Shown here: positions 1 through 13,260 of the stretch, piece by piece
How the letters are laid out: the number at the start of each line of letters is the position of its first letter
How positions within the stretch are numbered: position 1 is the first letter of the stretch
From: Octopus sinensis
Lineage: Eukaryota
Direction of reading: 5' to 3'
DNA length: 64,000 nt
NCBI RefSeq assembly: GCF_006345805.1
Contig: NC_043001.1
Coordinates: 125,054,001 to 125,118,000 of the forward strand
Position numbers and translations under genes: made by a program
Notes under the pieces: model-generated
Told to the model about the DNA's origin: nothing
Database searches by the model: none
Seen by the model: the letters and a program-made list of their open reading frames with translations, nothing else

Positions 1-147
1 ACGGTCAGATTGGTGCATTTTACATGCCACCTGCACGGAAGCCAGTCGAGGCGGCACTGGCTTCGGCTACGATTCGGATGGTGCTTTTTACGTGCCACCG
101 ACACGGAAGCCAGTCGAGGCGGCGCTGGCATTGGCCACGATTCGGAT
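1..147 (-). mobile_element. Family D 67 bp subrepeat fragment; other D tails at about 2044-2240(-), 9482-9606(-), 13640-13780(-), 22470-22645(+), 25540-25800(+), 43212-43400(-), 54196-54420(-), 60370-60705(+), 62375-62637(+)
   Basis: Shared motifs gtgccggtggcacgtaaaaagcacc and ggttggcgttaggaagggcatccagc. Confidence 0.8.
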
Positions 148-676
148 ATTAAAGTGACAAAACTGGCAGAATCACTAACACCTGTGAAAAAAAGTGTTCA
201 ACAGCATTTTGTTCCTCTTTATGTTCTGAGTTCAAAGTTCTGTTATGGTTGATGTTACTTTTCATCCTTTCAAGGGTCAGTGAAACAAGTACCAGTCGAG
301 CACTGAGGTTGATGTACTCAACTTGCCTACTCACCCCAAATTTTAGGCCATGTGTGTATGTTAGAAAGGGTTATATTTCTGCCAAGGTTGACTTTGCCGT
401 TCATCATTTTGGTGACAGTAAAGTATTTACCAGTTAAGCAATGGGATCAATGTAATCGACTAGACCCTCCCCACAGAATTTTAAGCCTTGTGCCTAAAGC
501 AGAAAGAATTATTATTATTATTATGTAGGAGTGGCTGTGTGGTAAGTAGCTTGCTTATGAACCCCATGGTTCCGGGTTCAGTCCCACTGCATGGCAGCTT
601 GGGCAAGTGTCTTCTACAATAGCCTCGTGGATCCTTAGTGGATTTGACAGACGGAAACTGAAAGAAGCCCGTCGTA

Positions 677-710
<34 letters not shown>

Positions 711-849
711 CAAAGCCATGTTAGTGGATTTGACAGACGGAAACTGAAAGAAGCCCGTCATATATATGTATGTATGTTTGTGTGTCTGTGTTTGTCCCTC
801 CAACATCGCTTGACAACCGATGCCGGTGTGTTTACGTCCCCGTAACTTA

Positions 850-1099
850 ATCATCATCATCATTGTTCGACCGTGGACGAGACAATGGAATTTACCATGC
901 TATGCCAGACTTCACGGTCCATCATGGCATTACAGAGGTCCTGTTGCTGGATGCCTGTATCCCTGGAGATTACATCAGGGTAGGAGAGTGTGCGCCCTCT
1001 GGTATTGCGAGTAGATGGCTTCCAGAGGAGAAGAGTAGAAATTACCTCTTTTTCAGCTCTACAACAATGTCCAGCAAACTAGACTCTCTTACCTTTCAC
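850..1099 (-). mobile_element. Family E LINE 3' fragment inserted into a SINE
   Basis: Matches the 3' end of 26706-27488; flanked by aactta (844-849, 1100-1105). Confidence 0.85.
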
Positions 1100-3342
1100 A
1101 ACTTAGCGGTTTGGCAAAAGCGACCGATAGAATAAGTCCTGGGGTCGATTTGCTCGACTAAAGACGGTGCTCCAGCATGACCACAGTCAAATTACTGAAA
1201 CAAGAAAGAAGAGAGTGGTGGATTGGTCGAGTCAAATTTGTCTTTCGATAAAATACTGTTTACAAGTTGAGAAATGGGAGCAATGGTACCAACCAATGCC
1301 TTCCCTGAATTTTCTGGTCTTGTGGCCTATGATAGAAATATGGAGAGGGTACAGGTTTCTTGCAGAAATGGGGAAATGAATGCCTTGCAACGTTTATTCC
1401 AGTTGAACCATTTGTGTTTGAATCATCTAAGACTAACTTTGCTTTTCACTTTTCTGGGATTGATAAAATTAACTACCAGTCAAATACTGGGGTTCATTTC
1501 ATTCTTCTTTTCCCTAACTTTGTGGTTTTGTGCCTGTGTTTAAAATAATTTCATTACTATTATAATTAATTGTTTCTCTTCCGGGCCGACCAATGCCTTG
1601 TGAGTGGATTTGGTAGACGGAAACTGAAAGAAGCCTGTCGTATATATGTATATATATATATATGTATGTGTGTGTGTTTGTGTGTCTGTGTTTGTTCCCC
1701 TAGCATTGCTTGACAACCGATGCTGGTGTATTTACGTCCCCGTCACTTAGCTGTTCGGCAAAAAGAGACCGATAGAATAAGTACTGGGCTTACAAAAAAG
1801 AATAAGTCCCGGGGTCGAGTTGCTCGACTAAAGGCGGTGCTCCAGCATGGCCGCAGTTAAATGACTGAAACAACTAAAAAGAGAGAGTATTTCATTCAGA
1901 TAAGATCATTGACCTCATTATTACAAGGAAAGATAATGAAATACTTTGTAATGTGTAGTTACCTCCCTTTTCATTGAGTTTTAATCCTTTGGCATTCAGA
2001 TTCTTCTGTCGAGTGCAATGTTTATTTATTTACATTGTTTTGAATCATCATCGTTTAACGTCCGCTTTCCATGCTAGCATGGGTTGGACGGTTCGACTGG
2101 GGTCTGGGAAGCCAGGCGGCTGCACCAGGCCCAGTCTGATCTGACAGTGTTTCTACAGCTGGATGCCCTTCCTAACGCCAACCACTCCGCGAGTGTAGTG
2201 GGTGCTTTTTACGTGCCACCAGCACAGGTGCCAGGCGAGCATGCATTATCTTATAGCTTCGATATTTCGACGATGTGATGCTTTATTTGTCGAATGACAT
2301 TGTAGAGTAGGTGTGGGAGGCCATATATGGCTGCTTCGAACATAAAATTGGTAGAATTGGCCAGCTTAAATGTTCAAGGGCTAAAACAGTTTAACTTAAC
2401 CTTTCATCTGTCAGGAATCACAAAGCATCTTACTCGACCCCCTTACAGTTACTTCAACCCACTGCTCTAGATTTGAACTCAGGGTACCAATAGTCAGGAC
2501 AAGGTTGTGTATTCTGTGTTATGGTTAAAAGGTCTGCTTTTCTACTCCTCAGTTTCCAGTTCAATTCTTCTAAAAAGCCTGTGTCAGCCAAAACTTCGAG
2601 TGAAATTTAATCAATAGGCGCTATGTAGAAACTGTTCTTATGTAGTAGAAATTTACTTAATTCATCCTCTAATTTAACACCCCTACCACCTGTACTCCAG
2701 GTATGAGACCATTTTTTGGCCCAACCGTTTTAGCCCTGCCTATTTAGCATCGCTGATTCAATTTGTCATGAGACGTTTTATCCCCAATATATTTTAAAAC
2801 ATAACTAGATCACAAAAAGTACAAAAATGAATTTGTTTATTCGTTTTTGTACTTTTTGTGATCTAGTTATATACTCTTTTACTTGTTTCAGTCATTTGAC
2901 TGCGGCCATGCTGGAGCACCGCCTTTAGTCGAGCAACTCGACCCCGGGACTTATTCTTTGTAAGCCCAGTACTTATTCTATCGGTCACTTTTGCCGAACC
3001 GCTAAGTGACGGGGACATAAACACACCAGCATCGGCTGTTAAGCAATGCTAGGGGGACAAACACAGACACACAAACATACACGCACACACACGCACATAT
3101 ATACATATATACGACGGGCTTCTTTCAGTTTCCGTCTACCAAATCCACTCACAAGGCTTTGGTCGGCCTGAGGCAATAGTAGAAGACACTTGCCCAAGGT
3201 GCCACGCAGTGGGACTGAACCTAGAACCATGTGACTGGTAAACAAGCTACTTACCACACAGCCACTCCTGCGCCTATGTTTTAAAATATTTTTTTATTTA
3301 CGATTTGGTTTATGTCTATCATTGTTTGAATTGCATAATAGT

Positions 3343-4258
3343 GGCTTTTTCTCTCGGCAGAGTGTAAGTACCTTGAGAGAAAAGCTGGACCTAAGAAGCA
3401 TCAGTTGTGGTGTGCAAGAGAGACGTTTGCGCTGGTATGGTCATGTGGCGAGAATGGATGAAGATAGTTGTGTGAAAAAGTGCCACACCCTAGCGGTTGA
3501 GGGAACTTGTGGAAGAGGCAGACCCAGGAAAACCTGGGACGAGGTGGTGAAGCACGACCTTCGAACTTTAGGTCTCACTGAGGAAATGACTAGAGACCGA
3601 GACCTCTGGAAGTGTGCTGTGCGCGAGAAGACCCGGCAGGACAAGTGAGTCCACAACCCGTGGCCTTCTACATGGGATGGAGCCAGCCTACGTATGCATA
3701 CCTTCCCTTCTTGGGACACAAAACTCTACTTGTGAAGACGTGTTGAGGCAAGTGAGGATCAGAATCGAAATCGATCAATGGAAATTGCGGATGTGCTACC
3801 AGTGCCGGTGGCATGTCGAAACTCTGCTTGTGAAGACCCATTGAGGCAAGTGAGGATCAGAATCGAAATCGATCAATGGAAATCGATCAATGGAAATTGC
3901 AGATGTGTTACCAGTGCCGGTGGCATGTAAGAGAACTTTCCGTTTCGCGACCGTTGCCAGCACCGCCCCGTTTCGTGTCCGTTGCCAGCCTCGCCTGGCC
4001 CTCGTGCCGGTGGCACATAAAAAGCACCATCCGTTCGTGGCCATTTGCCAGCTCTGTCTGGCACCAGTGCGGGTGGCACGTAAAAAGCACCCACTACACT
4101 CACGGAGTGGTTGGCGTTAGGAAGGGCATCCAGCCGTAGAAACACTGCCAGATTTGACTGGGCCTGATGAAGCCTTCTGGCTTCACAGACCCCAGTAGAA
4201 CCGTCCAACCCATGCTAGCATGGAAAACGGACGCTAAATGATGATGATGATGATGATA
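3343..4258 (+). mobile_element. 5'-truncated RTE LINE, family D (ORF end plus 3' UTR with internal duplication)
   Basis: ORF 3322-3648 matches the C-terminus of 39224-40111; (GAT)n tail; short TSD-like atagtg. Confidence 0.88.
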
Positions 4259-4339
4259 GTGAGAATTTACAAAAAGAAGACGATGAATGTGTAAATAATA
4301 AACAGATGTATTAGTTTAACACTCAAGAAGTGAGAAAGT

Positions 4340-4375
4340 CTTTTATATTTCGAGCCTATGCTCTTCGACAGAAAG
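4340..4375 (-). ncRNA. Minimal (Penelope-type) hammerhead-like motif, variant core CUGUCGA
   Basis: CUUU-CUGUCGA-A-GAGC auag GCUC-GAAA-UAU-A-AAAG; helix I CUUU/AAAG, palindromic helix III. Confidence 0.55.
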
Positions 4376-4604
4376 GAACACGAGCTGGCAGAAACGTTAG
4401 CACGTCGGGCAAAATGCCTAGTGGTATGTCTGTCTTTACGTTCTTTGTTCAAATTCCGCTGGGGTCGACTTTGCCTTTCATCCATTTGGGGTCGGTAAAT
4501 TAAGTACCAGTTACACACTGGGGTCGATATAATCGATTTAATCCTTTTGTCCCCTCTATGTTTAGCCCCTTGTGGGCAGTGAAGACATAAGGAACACAGA
4601 AATA

Positions 4605-5535
4605 AACGTGTGTGTGTGTATATATGTAAGTATATATATATATAATATATATGTATATATATATGTATATATATATGTATATATATATGTATATATATAT
4701 TATATATGTATATATATATATGTATATATATATGTACATATGTGTATATATATATGTATATATATATGTACATATGTGTATATATATATGTATATATATA
4801 TGTACATATGTGTATATATATATGTATATATATATGTACATATGTGTATATATATATGTATATATATATGTACATATGTGTATATATATATGTATATATA
4901 TATGTACATATGTGGTATATATATATGTATATATATATGTACATATGTGTATATATATATGTATATATATATGTACATATGTGTATATATATATGTATAT
5001 ATATATGTACATATGTGTATATATATATGTATATATATATGTACATATGTGTATATATATATGTATATATATATGTACATATGTGTATATATATATGTAT
5101 ATATATGTACATATGTGTGTATATATATATGTACATATGTGTGTATATATATATGTACATATGTGTGTATATATATATGTACATATGTGTGTATATATAT
5201 ATGTACATATGTATATATATATATGTACATATGTGTATATATATGTATATATATATGTATATATATATATACGTACATATGTATATACATATATGTACAT
5301 ATGTATATATATATATATACGTACATATGTATATACATATATGTACATATGTATATATATGTATGTACATATGTATATATATGTACATATGTATGTATAT
5401 ATATGTACATATGTATATACATATATGTACATATGTATATATATATACGTACATATGTATATACATATATGTACATATGTATATATATGTACGTACATAT
5501 GTATATATATGTATGTACATATGTATATATATAAT
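4605..5535. repeat. (TA)-based compound satellite with 34 bp and 24 bp higher-order units
   Basis: Near-strict purine-pyrimidine alternation; recurring atatatatatgtacatatgtgt. Confidence 0.95.
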
Positions 5536-5645
5536 AAACCTTTACATAAATAAATAACGTGAAATACACGAAGGGACGAACATGTGTGTGTGTATATATA
5601 TATATAGAGAGAGAGATAAGAAATAATGAGATTCAGTTGAATTAG

Positions 5646-5696
5646 GTACTTAAGTTGAAGCACCAAGTCAATCCAGTATTATCTGTACAGCTCAAA
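5646..5696 (+). CDS. Tentative exon of an unidentified gene (phase 0 to 0; [17 protein letters not shown])
   Basis: Donor gtaagg; weak acceptor; phase-compatible with the 5897 exon. Confidence 0.35.
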
Positions 5697-5896
5697 GTAA
5701 GGTGAATAAAATCAAAATAAGCAACTGGATATTAAGTAGTGATGCAGTACGGCCATTTCAAGTGGCTGCATTTAATTGAACAATGCTATCATTACATCAA
5801 TTTAAGTGCAATGCCATCATCAGCTACACAAATAAATAAATAGAATTTTTTACTAGTTGGACACATTAATATAATTTTTCTCAAATACTTTAACAG

Positions 5897-5979
5897 AGAA
5901 AGAAGATGGAAGACATTCATGTTGTTGCTATTGTAGCTAAGAACAGACTTCACTTCCAAGAATATTGGAGTCGTAGCTT
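5897..5979 (+). CDS. Tentative exon (phase 0 to 2; RKKMEDIHVVAIVAKNRLHFQEYWSRS)
   Basis: Acceptor tttttctcaaatactttaacag, donor gtaaag, open frame. Confidence 0.42.
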
Positions 5980-6138
5980 GTAAAGGATTGTGATTCATTT
6001 GTAATTCATTTATCTCCTCATCAACTACTAAATCTAAGACTAGAAAATTTGTCTGTTTTGAATAAAGAGCAAGAGTGAGTTAACAGCTCATGGCTAGGTA
6101 TGGTCATAAATATTGTCATATGTATCTCTTTTCTTTAG

Positions 6139-6177
6139 GGAGGAAGAAGACATTTGGAGTAGTCATTTGGATATAAA
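6139..6177 (+). CDS. Tentative exon (phase 2 to 2; (L)EEEDIWSSHLDI)
   Basis: Acceptor tatctcttttctttag, donor gtaact, phase-compatible with the previous exon. Confidence 0.42.
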
Positions 6178-6757
6178 GTAACTGTTTATCAATAGAGGCT
6201 GGGTAGGGGAAGACTCTAAATCATGATGTTAACTATCAGTTAAAGGGGCAAGATGCTAAGAAACCTAGGATGTTAATACAGGCGAAATTTTATCTTGGGG
6301 CACTATGAGTGATTGTTTATAAACAATATTGTTATGTTGTATAAAAATAAAATTTAAGATTTTCAAAAATAATATCATAACCAAAATAGGTAAAATGTGT
6401 GTATATATCAATTATAAACATTAAAAAAGAAAGACTACATAGAATCAGTTTAATATTCATTCCAGTACTTAATTAATTACTCATTTGGTGGTTTCTATAA
6501 AAACTGCTCAGGGCATTTACTTATGAAATATTGGAAAGATAAATATGCTAACTATATATTAATCTTAAGTCATGAATCAGAAAAAAAAAAATAAAGTTGT
6601 GTACAGACACATGCACACTGTATTTAAATTGATGTAATGATTGCATTGTTCAATGAAATGGAGCTGCTTGGAATGGTCATACTGCATCACTGCTTGATAT
6701 CCTGTACCTTATTTTGATTGTATGTATGGATGGATGCATGCATGCTTGCATATGTGC

Positions 6758-7705
6758 CTTTGACAGGGTGGATCATAAGATCCTCTTGAAAATCTATCCA
6801 ACACTGTAGTCGAAGGAGTAAAATCAAGCCCAACCAAAGTCAGTAGTGGTGTTTCTCGAGGCACTGTGTTGGGCCCACTTCTTTTCATCGTCTACATCAA
6901 TGATATTACTGACATCATCAAGCACAGTAACATAAGAATCCTTGCAGATGATTCCAAGATCCGGAAGGTCATCAGTGAAGTGGGTGACTGGGAATGCCTT
7001 CAGTCAGATCTACAGGTTGTCATCCAATGGGCGTAAAAGAATAATATACTGCTGCTGAACAAGGACAAATTTGAGTTAATCCACTTCAGAAAAGAGGATA
7101 CCCTGAATCTCCCATACTCGCTTCCTTCAGGTGAAACTCTCATGGCATCAAACAACATCAGAGACTTGGGAGTAATTGTGGACAACAACATAAGCTGGGC
7201 TGCTCATATAAACAGCAAAGTTGACATGGTCCACAGAATGTGTTCCTGGATTCTCAGAACTTTCCAGTCAAGAGATATCCACATCATAATCCTTCTCTTC
7301 TCCACTTTTACCTGACCCCACCTTGAATACTGTTGTCCACTGTGGTCTCCCCATATGAAACAAAGTATCATGAGAATTGAAGCACCTCAACAGTCAATTA
7401 TAAAAACAATAAATGGCATGACAGGACCTTCACTATTTATTCTCTCCAACGCTGCCGTGAGCGCTACATCGTCTGCATGATGTGGAAAATATTCCATTAG
7501 CATTGTCAGAATGATGTTGGCATCATCTTTAAGATACACCCAACACTTGGGCCCCATGCTATCCACCCACAACAAAATTCATACTAGCATCACATAAAAA
7601 CAATACGGCACAATTATTCCACCTCAATTGACACTGTTCTCTTTAATGTTACACTAAAACACATTAAAGCAGAGACAGACCCCATAAAGTTCAAGAAGTC
7701 TTTGG
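6758..7705 (+). mobile_element. Degenerate CR1/Jockey-group LINE RT fragment
   Basis: FDRVDH, GTVLGPLLFIVYINDI, LADDSK, RDLGVIVD, PHLEYCCPLWSP, with stops. Confidence 0.85.
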
Positions 7706-7719
7706 ACAAATTCCTTCAA

Positions 7720-7738
7720 ATATATATATGTATGCATG

Positions 7739-7781
<43 letters not shown>

Positions 7782-9481
7782 GTGTGTCTGTGTATATATA
7801 TATATGTATGTATATAGATATATGTATTATATATATATATATGTGTGTGTGTGTATGTATATGTATATATCTATATGTATGTATATGTGTATATATATAT
7901 GGTATATATATATGTAATATATATAGATGTATATAATATATATATAGATGTGTATATATATATATAGATGTATATATATATATATATATATATAGATATA
8001 TATATATAGATGTGTATATATATAGATGTGTATATATATATATGTGTATATATATATATGTGTATATATATATGTGTATATATATAGATGTGTATATATA
8101 TAGATGTGTGTATATATATATATATATGTGTATACATATATGTATATGTATGTATACATATATGTATATGTATGTATACATATATGTATACATATATGTA
8201 TATGTATGTATACATATATGTATATGTATGTATATGTATATGTATACATATATGTATATGTATGTATATGTATATGTATACATATATGTATATGTATGTA
8301 TATGTATATATGTATACATATATGTATATGTATATATGTATACATATATGTATATGTATGTATATGTATACATGTATGTATATGTATATGTATACATATA
8401 TGTATATGTATGTATACATATATGTATATGTATGTATATGTATGTATATATGAATATATATATGTATGTATATATGAATATATATATGTATGTATGTATG
8501 TATATATATATGTATGTATGTATATATGTATATATGTATAAATAGGTATATGTATGTATGTCTATATGTATATATATGTATGTCTATATGTATATATGTA
8601 TGTATGTCTATATGTATATATATATGTATGTCTATATGTATATATGTATATCTATATGTATGTATATATGTATATCTATATGTATATATATATGTATATA
8701 TATATGTATGTGTATATATATGTGTATATATATATGTATATATATATGTGTATATAATATATGTATATATATATGTATGTATATATATATGTATATATAT
8801 ATGTATGTATATATATATGTATATATATGTTGTATATATATATGTATATATATATATATGTATGTATATATATATATATGTATGTATATATATATGTATA
8901 TATATATATATGTATGTATATATTATGTATATATATATGTATATAATATGTATATATTATATGTATATATATAGTATATATATATGTGTATATATATGTG
9001 TATATATATGTGTATATATATGTTATATATATATGTGTATATATATGTGTATATATATTATGTGTATATATATGTATAATATATATGTGTATATTATATA
9101 TGTATATATATATGTATATATATAGTGTATATATATATGTGTATATATATATGTATATATATATGTGTATATATGTGTATATATATATGTGTATATATAT
9201 AGTGTATATATATATGTGTATATATATATGTGATATATATATGTGTATATATATATGGTATATATATGTGTATATATATGTGTATATATATATGGTATAT
9301 ATATATGTATATATATATATGTGTATATATATATGTATGTATATATATGTATATATATATGTATATATATATGTATATATTATGTATATATATATGTATA
9401 TATATATGTATATATATATGTATATTATATGTATGTCTATATATATGTATGTATATATATATGTATATTATATGTATATAT

Positions 9482-9519
<38 letters not shown>

Positions 9520-9684
9520 TTAACGTCCGCTTTCCATGCTAGCATGGGTTGGACGGTTCAACTGGGGTCTGGGGAGCCCGAAAGCTGCACCAGTCCAGTC
9601 AGATCTGTATATATTATGTATGTAATATATGTATATATATATGTATATATAATGTATGTATATATATGTATGTATTATATGTAT

Positions 9685-9719
<35 letters not shown>

Positions 9720-9746
9720 GTATATATATATGTATGTATATATATG

Positions 9747-9786
<40 letters not shown>

Positions 9787-10359
9787 TATGTATATATATG
9801 TATGTATATATATATGTATATATATATATGTATATATATATATGTATATATATATAGTATATATATATATGTAGTATATATATATATGTATGTATATATA
9901 TATATGTATATATATATATATGTATATATATATATGTATGTATATATAATATATGTATATATATATATGTATGTAATATATATATTATGTATATATGTAT
10001 GTTATATTATATATGTATGTATATATGTATGTATATATATATATGTATGTATATATGTATGTATATATATATATGTATGTATATATGTATGTATGTATAT
10101 ATGTATGTATATATATGTATGTATGTATATATGTATGTATATATGTATGTATATATATATGTATGTATATATGTATGTATATATATATGTATGTATATAC
10201 ATATATATATGTATATATATATGTGTATATATATATGTATATATATATGTGTATATATATATGTATGTATATATATATGTATGTATATATATATGTGTGT
10301 ATATATATGTATGTATATATATGTGCATATATATATATGTATGTATATATATATGTATG

Positions 10360-10396
<37 letters not shown>

Positions 10397-10730
10397 GTAT
10401 GTATGTATATATGTATGTATATATATATGTATGTATATATGTATGTATATATATATGTATGTATGTATATATGTATGTATGTATATATGTATGTATGTAT
10501 ATATATGTATGTATGTATATATGTATGTATGTATATATGTATGTATGTATATATGTATGTATGTATATATATATATATGTGTATGTATGTATATATATAT
10601 ATATGTGTATGTATGTATGTATATATATATATATGTGTATGTATGTATGTATGTATATATATATATGTGTTATATATATATATATGTATATATATATAAT
10701 ATATGTGTATATATATATATATGTATATAT

Positions 10731-10761
<31 letters not shown>

Positions 10762-10796
10762 GTATATATATATGTATGTATATATTATGTAGGTAT

Positions 10797-10830
<34 letters not shown>

Positions 10831-11076
10831 GTATGTATGTAACCACATGTGAATCTTTGGTGATTTTACTGATTCTGAAGAAGAGCATTTGCTCAAAACG
10901 TTAAACTATCTTTCTTTCCTTCACTGAGCTTCTCCTAATGCTTTACATGTACCACATTCTCGCTTTGTTGTCTTTTTGCCTTTGTTCATGTTCTTTTTTG
11001 GTATTTACTATATGTGTATATACGTATGTATGTATATATATGTAAATATATGTATGTATATGTGTATATATATATA

Positions 11077-11107
<31 letters not shown>

Positions 11108-11162
11108 GTATGTATATACATGTATGTATGTATATATATATATGTATATGGATATGTCTGTA

Positions 11163-11193
<31 letters not shown>

Positions 11194-11280
11194 AATATGC
11201 ATGTATATATATGTATGTAATATATATATATATATGTACGTGTAAATATGTATGTATATGTATACGTGTGTGTGTGTGTG
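7720..11280. repeat. Compound (TA)/(TATG)/(TG) microsatellite array of about 3.5 kb with two inserts
   Basis: Direct reading; inserts at 9482-9606 and 10843-11010. Confidence 0.95.
10871..10906 (+). ncRNA. Decayed minimal hammerhead-like motif in a short insert (10843-11010) flanked by (TA)n
   Basis: GAUU-CUGAAGA-A-GAGC auuu GCUC-AAAA-CGUU-AAAC; G12 mutated to A. Confidence 0.55.
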
Positions 11281-11948
11281 TCGATTATTTTTGTGTGTAT
11301 CAAGAAGGAATGTATTTGTAGCACTGAAGGTCAATAAAAACGTTTTAAGTTTCATTCTCTATATATATCTAGTTATCTAGCTAGTTAGCTATCTGTATGT
11401 GTATATTTCTATACGTGTAAATGTGAGCGCTAAAAAAGTTTTGTTGTCAAAAGATTCCTTGCCAAAAGGGGTTCAATGTCCTATCAAATAATCTCATTTT
11501 GCAGATTTCTCTGTTTCAAACAATCGAGCATGATTTCCCATTCGTGGATAACTTCCTTACTCCGTTCGTGAAGGCTCAGCAAAGAATCATGGATTCTGCT
11601 CTACTTTCTCTAATTCAATAAATAGCAAATTCCTCCATAGACCATGAGTAACTATGAACTTACTTTGATTAATGAATTAAGATGATAATAAATGATCAGA
11701 AATATTAAATTTCTAAATATCTCATAGAGATATGTGCGGTGGTTGAGCGATAGAGTGGCTGTATACTGTCAACTTAACGTGACAGTTCCGTTAGGGAATT
11801 ACACCACCACTATTTAGCCCTAGGAAGCATCGACGCCTCCTGTCGGCCTTGACACATTTCCTGTGTCCTTATATATTTACGAAGGGGAGACAAACACTCC
11901 CAACAGCTAGGCCTGCATCTAGAGACATGCATGTTTCTGGGTCTAGAG

Positions 11949-12149
11949 CAGTGGTTTTCAACCAGGGTTCCGCCAGTACAGTCCAGGGGTTCCGCAAGAA
12001 GTTACAAAACTGCTAAAATCGGCAGTAATTTTTAATTCTCCTGTGCAGATATGTGTGCATAAGACTATTAGATTATTGCACAGGGGTTCCTCGAGCCAGT
12101 GGAATGTTTCCTTGGGGTTCCGCTCCAGCAAAAAGTTTGAAAAGCACTT
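11949..12149. mobile_element. hAT (Charlie-type) MITE; further copies at 19063-19281 and 19413-19586
   Basis: TIR cagtggttttcaa; 8 bp TSD gtctagag/gtttagag (NTCTAGAN type). Confidence 0.8.
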
Positions 12150-12899
12150 GTTTAGAGTAGCAAGGCCTGCTAGCTGAAGATATCTGTCTAGACTTCGTAA
12201 ATGATATATCAAGAAAATGATATATCAAGAGTTATTTCCCTTACATAATTTCCCGATTAATTTAATATCAATCGTCATTCTCATCATCACCGTTTTAACG
12301 TCCGCTTATCCATGAAATGTGTTGAGGTGAAGTTTCTATTGCTGGAGGCCTTTCCTGTCGCCAACCCTCACTTGTTTCCAGGTAAGGTAATATTTCCCAT
12401 GGCCAGACTTGTTTTCGTGGAAGATTGGAAACGAAAGTCACTGCTTGCATGAAGGTGACATTCTTTTACAACTATTACATGATATCAATTCAAGGGGACA
12501 GTAACACGCGTGCACGCACATGGGCTTCTTTCATTTTCCATCTACCAAATCCACTCACAAGGTTTTGGTCAGCCCAGGGCTGTTGTAGAAGACACTTCCT
12601 GAAGATGACATGCAGTGGGACAGAACCTGAGACTATATGGTTCGGATGCAAACTTCTTACCTCATGGCCGCACCTGCACTTCATTGAATTGAATGTGTAA
12701 CGGGAATAGGTTGCTTCTTGCACTTTTAGGGTGCAAATGGTGCATTCAATTTCCGTTGCTTAAATTTCCAGATTCTACCAGTCAAAGAACTCAAAACACA
12801 ACAGTAAAAATATATACTCTTTATTGTTCTTATAACAGTAAGAAATAAGGTGGTATTTGGTTCCGCTTGGTATGGATGTGTCAGAGCTGAAACTTTAAC

Positions 12900-13260
12900 G
12901 CTTGTAAGAATTTTACAAGTGCAACAGCAAACTGAGCTGGTCTTCTATGGCGTCCGTAGGGAGTGAAGATAATGTGGTCTGCAACAATGTCTGGTTGAAA
13001 GCCTTCTGGTGCGACTGCTACGTGTCCCTCTACGCCTTGTAAGTAGGCTCTCCCCTGCCTATCAGCTAATGACACATCAGCAATCCCTTTTTTCCGGTCT
13101 TCGCGCATGCGCGAGAGGGCCCTTCCCTTCTGCCACTACAAAAGGTTCCAAACTCCGCACACGCGAACTGAAATGGCGTCAGCGCGCGCGCGCTATTGGA
13201 ATAGCGTCACTACAAATGTTCTACCTTTGGCACTTGGGTATTTGTAGTTAAGTTTTTGTT
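12900..13260. promoter_or_regulatory. CpG-rich promoter-like patch
   Basis: Non-repeat GC/CpG-rich DNA in an AT-rich background; CGCGCATGCGCG palindrome 13102-13113 (NRF1-like), AAATGGCG 13171-13178 (YY1-like), ACTACAA at 13135, 13209 and 13241 (-), ATTGG 13195. Confidence 0.6.

Noticed and set aside
4164-4200. CTGATGA followed by a small hairpin as a hammerhead
   Set aside because: No GAAA after the stem; other family copies read ctggtgca, so it is a chance mutation.
4267-11355. Long ORFs of 200-618 aa rich in Y, I, M, C, V, H, T
   Set aside because: Translations of TA/TG microsatellite that lack stops by composition; open on both strands and in several frames.
12881-13108. 75 aa ORF in the CpG-rich patch
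   Set aside because: No recognisable motif; GC-rich DNA yields such ORFs by chance.
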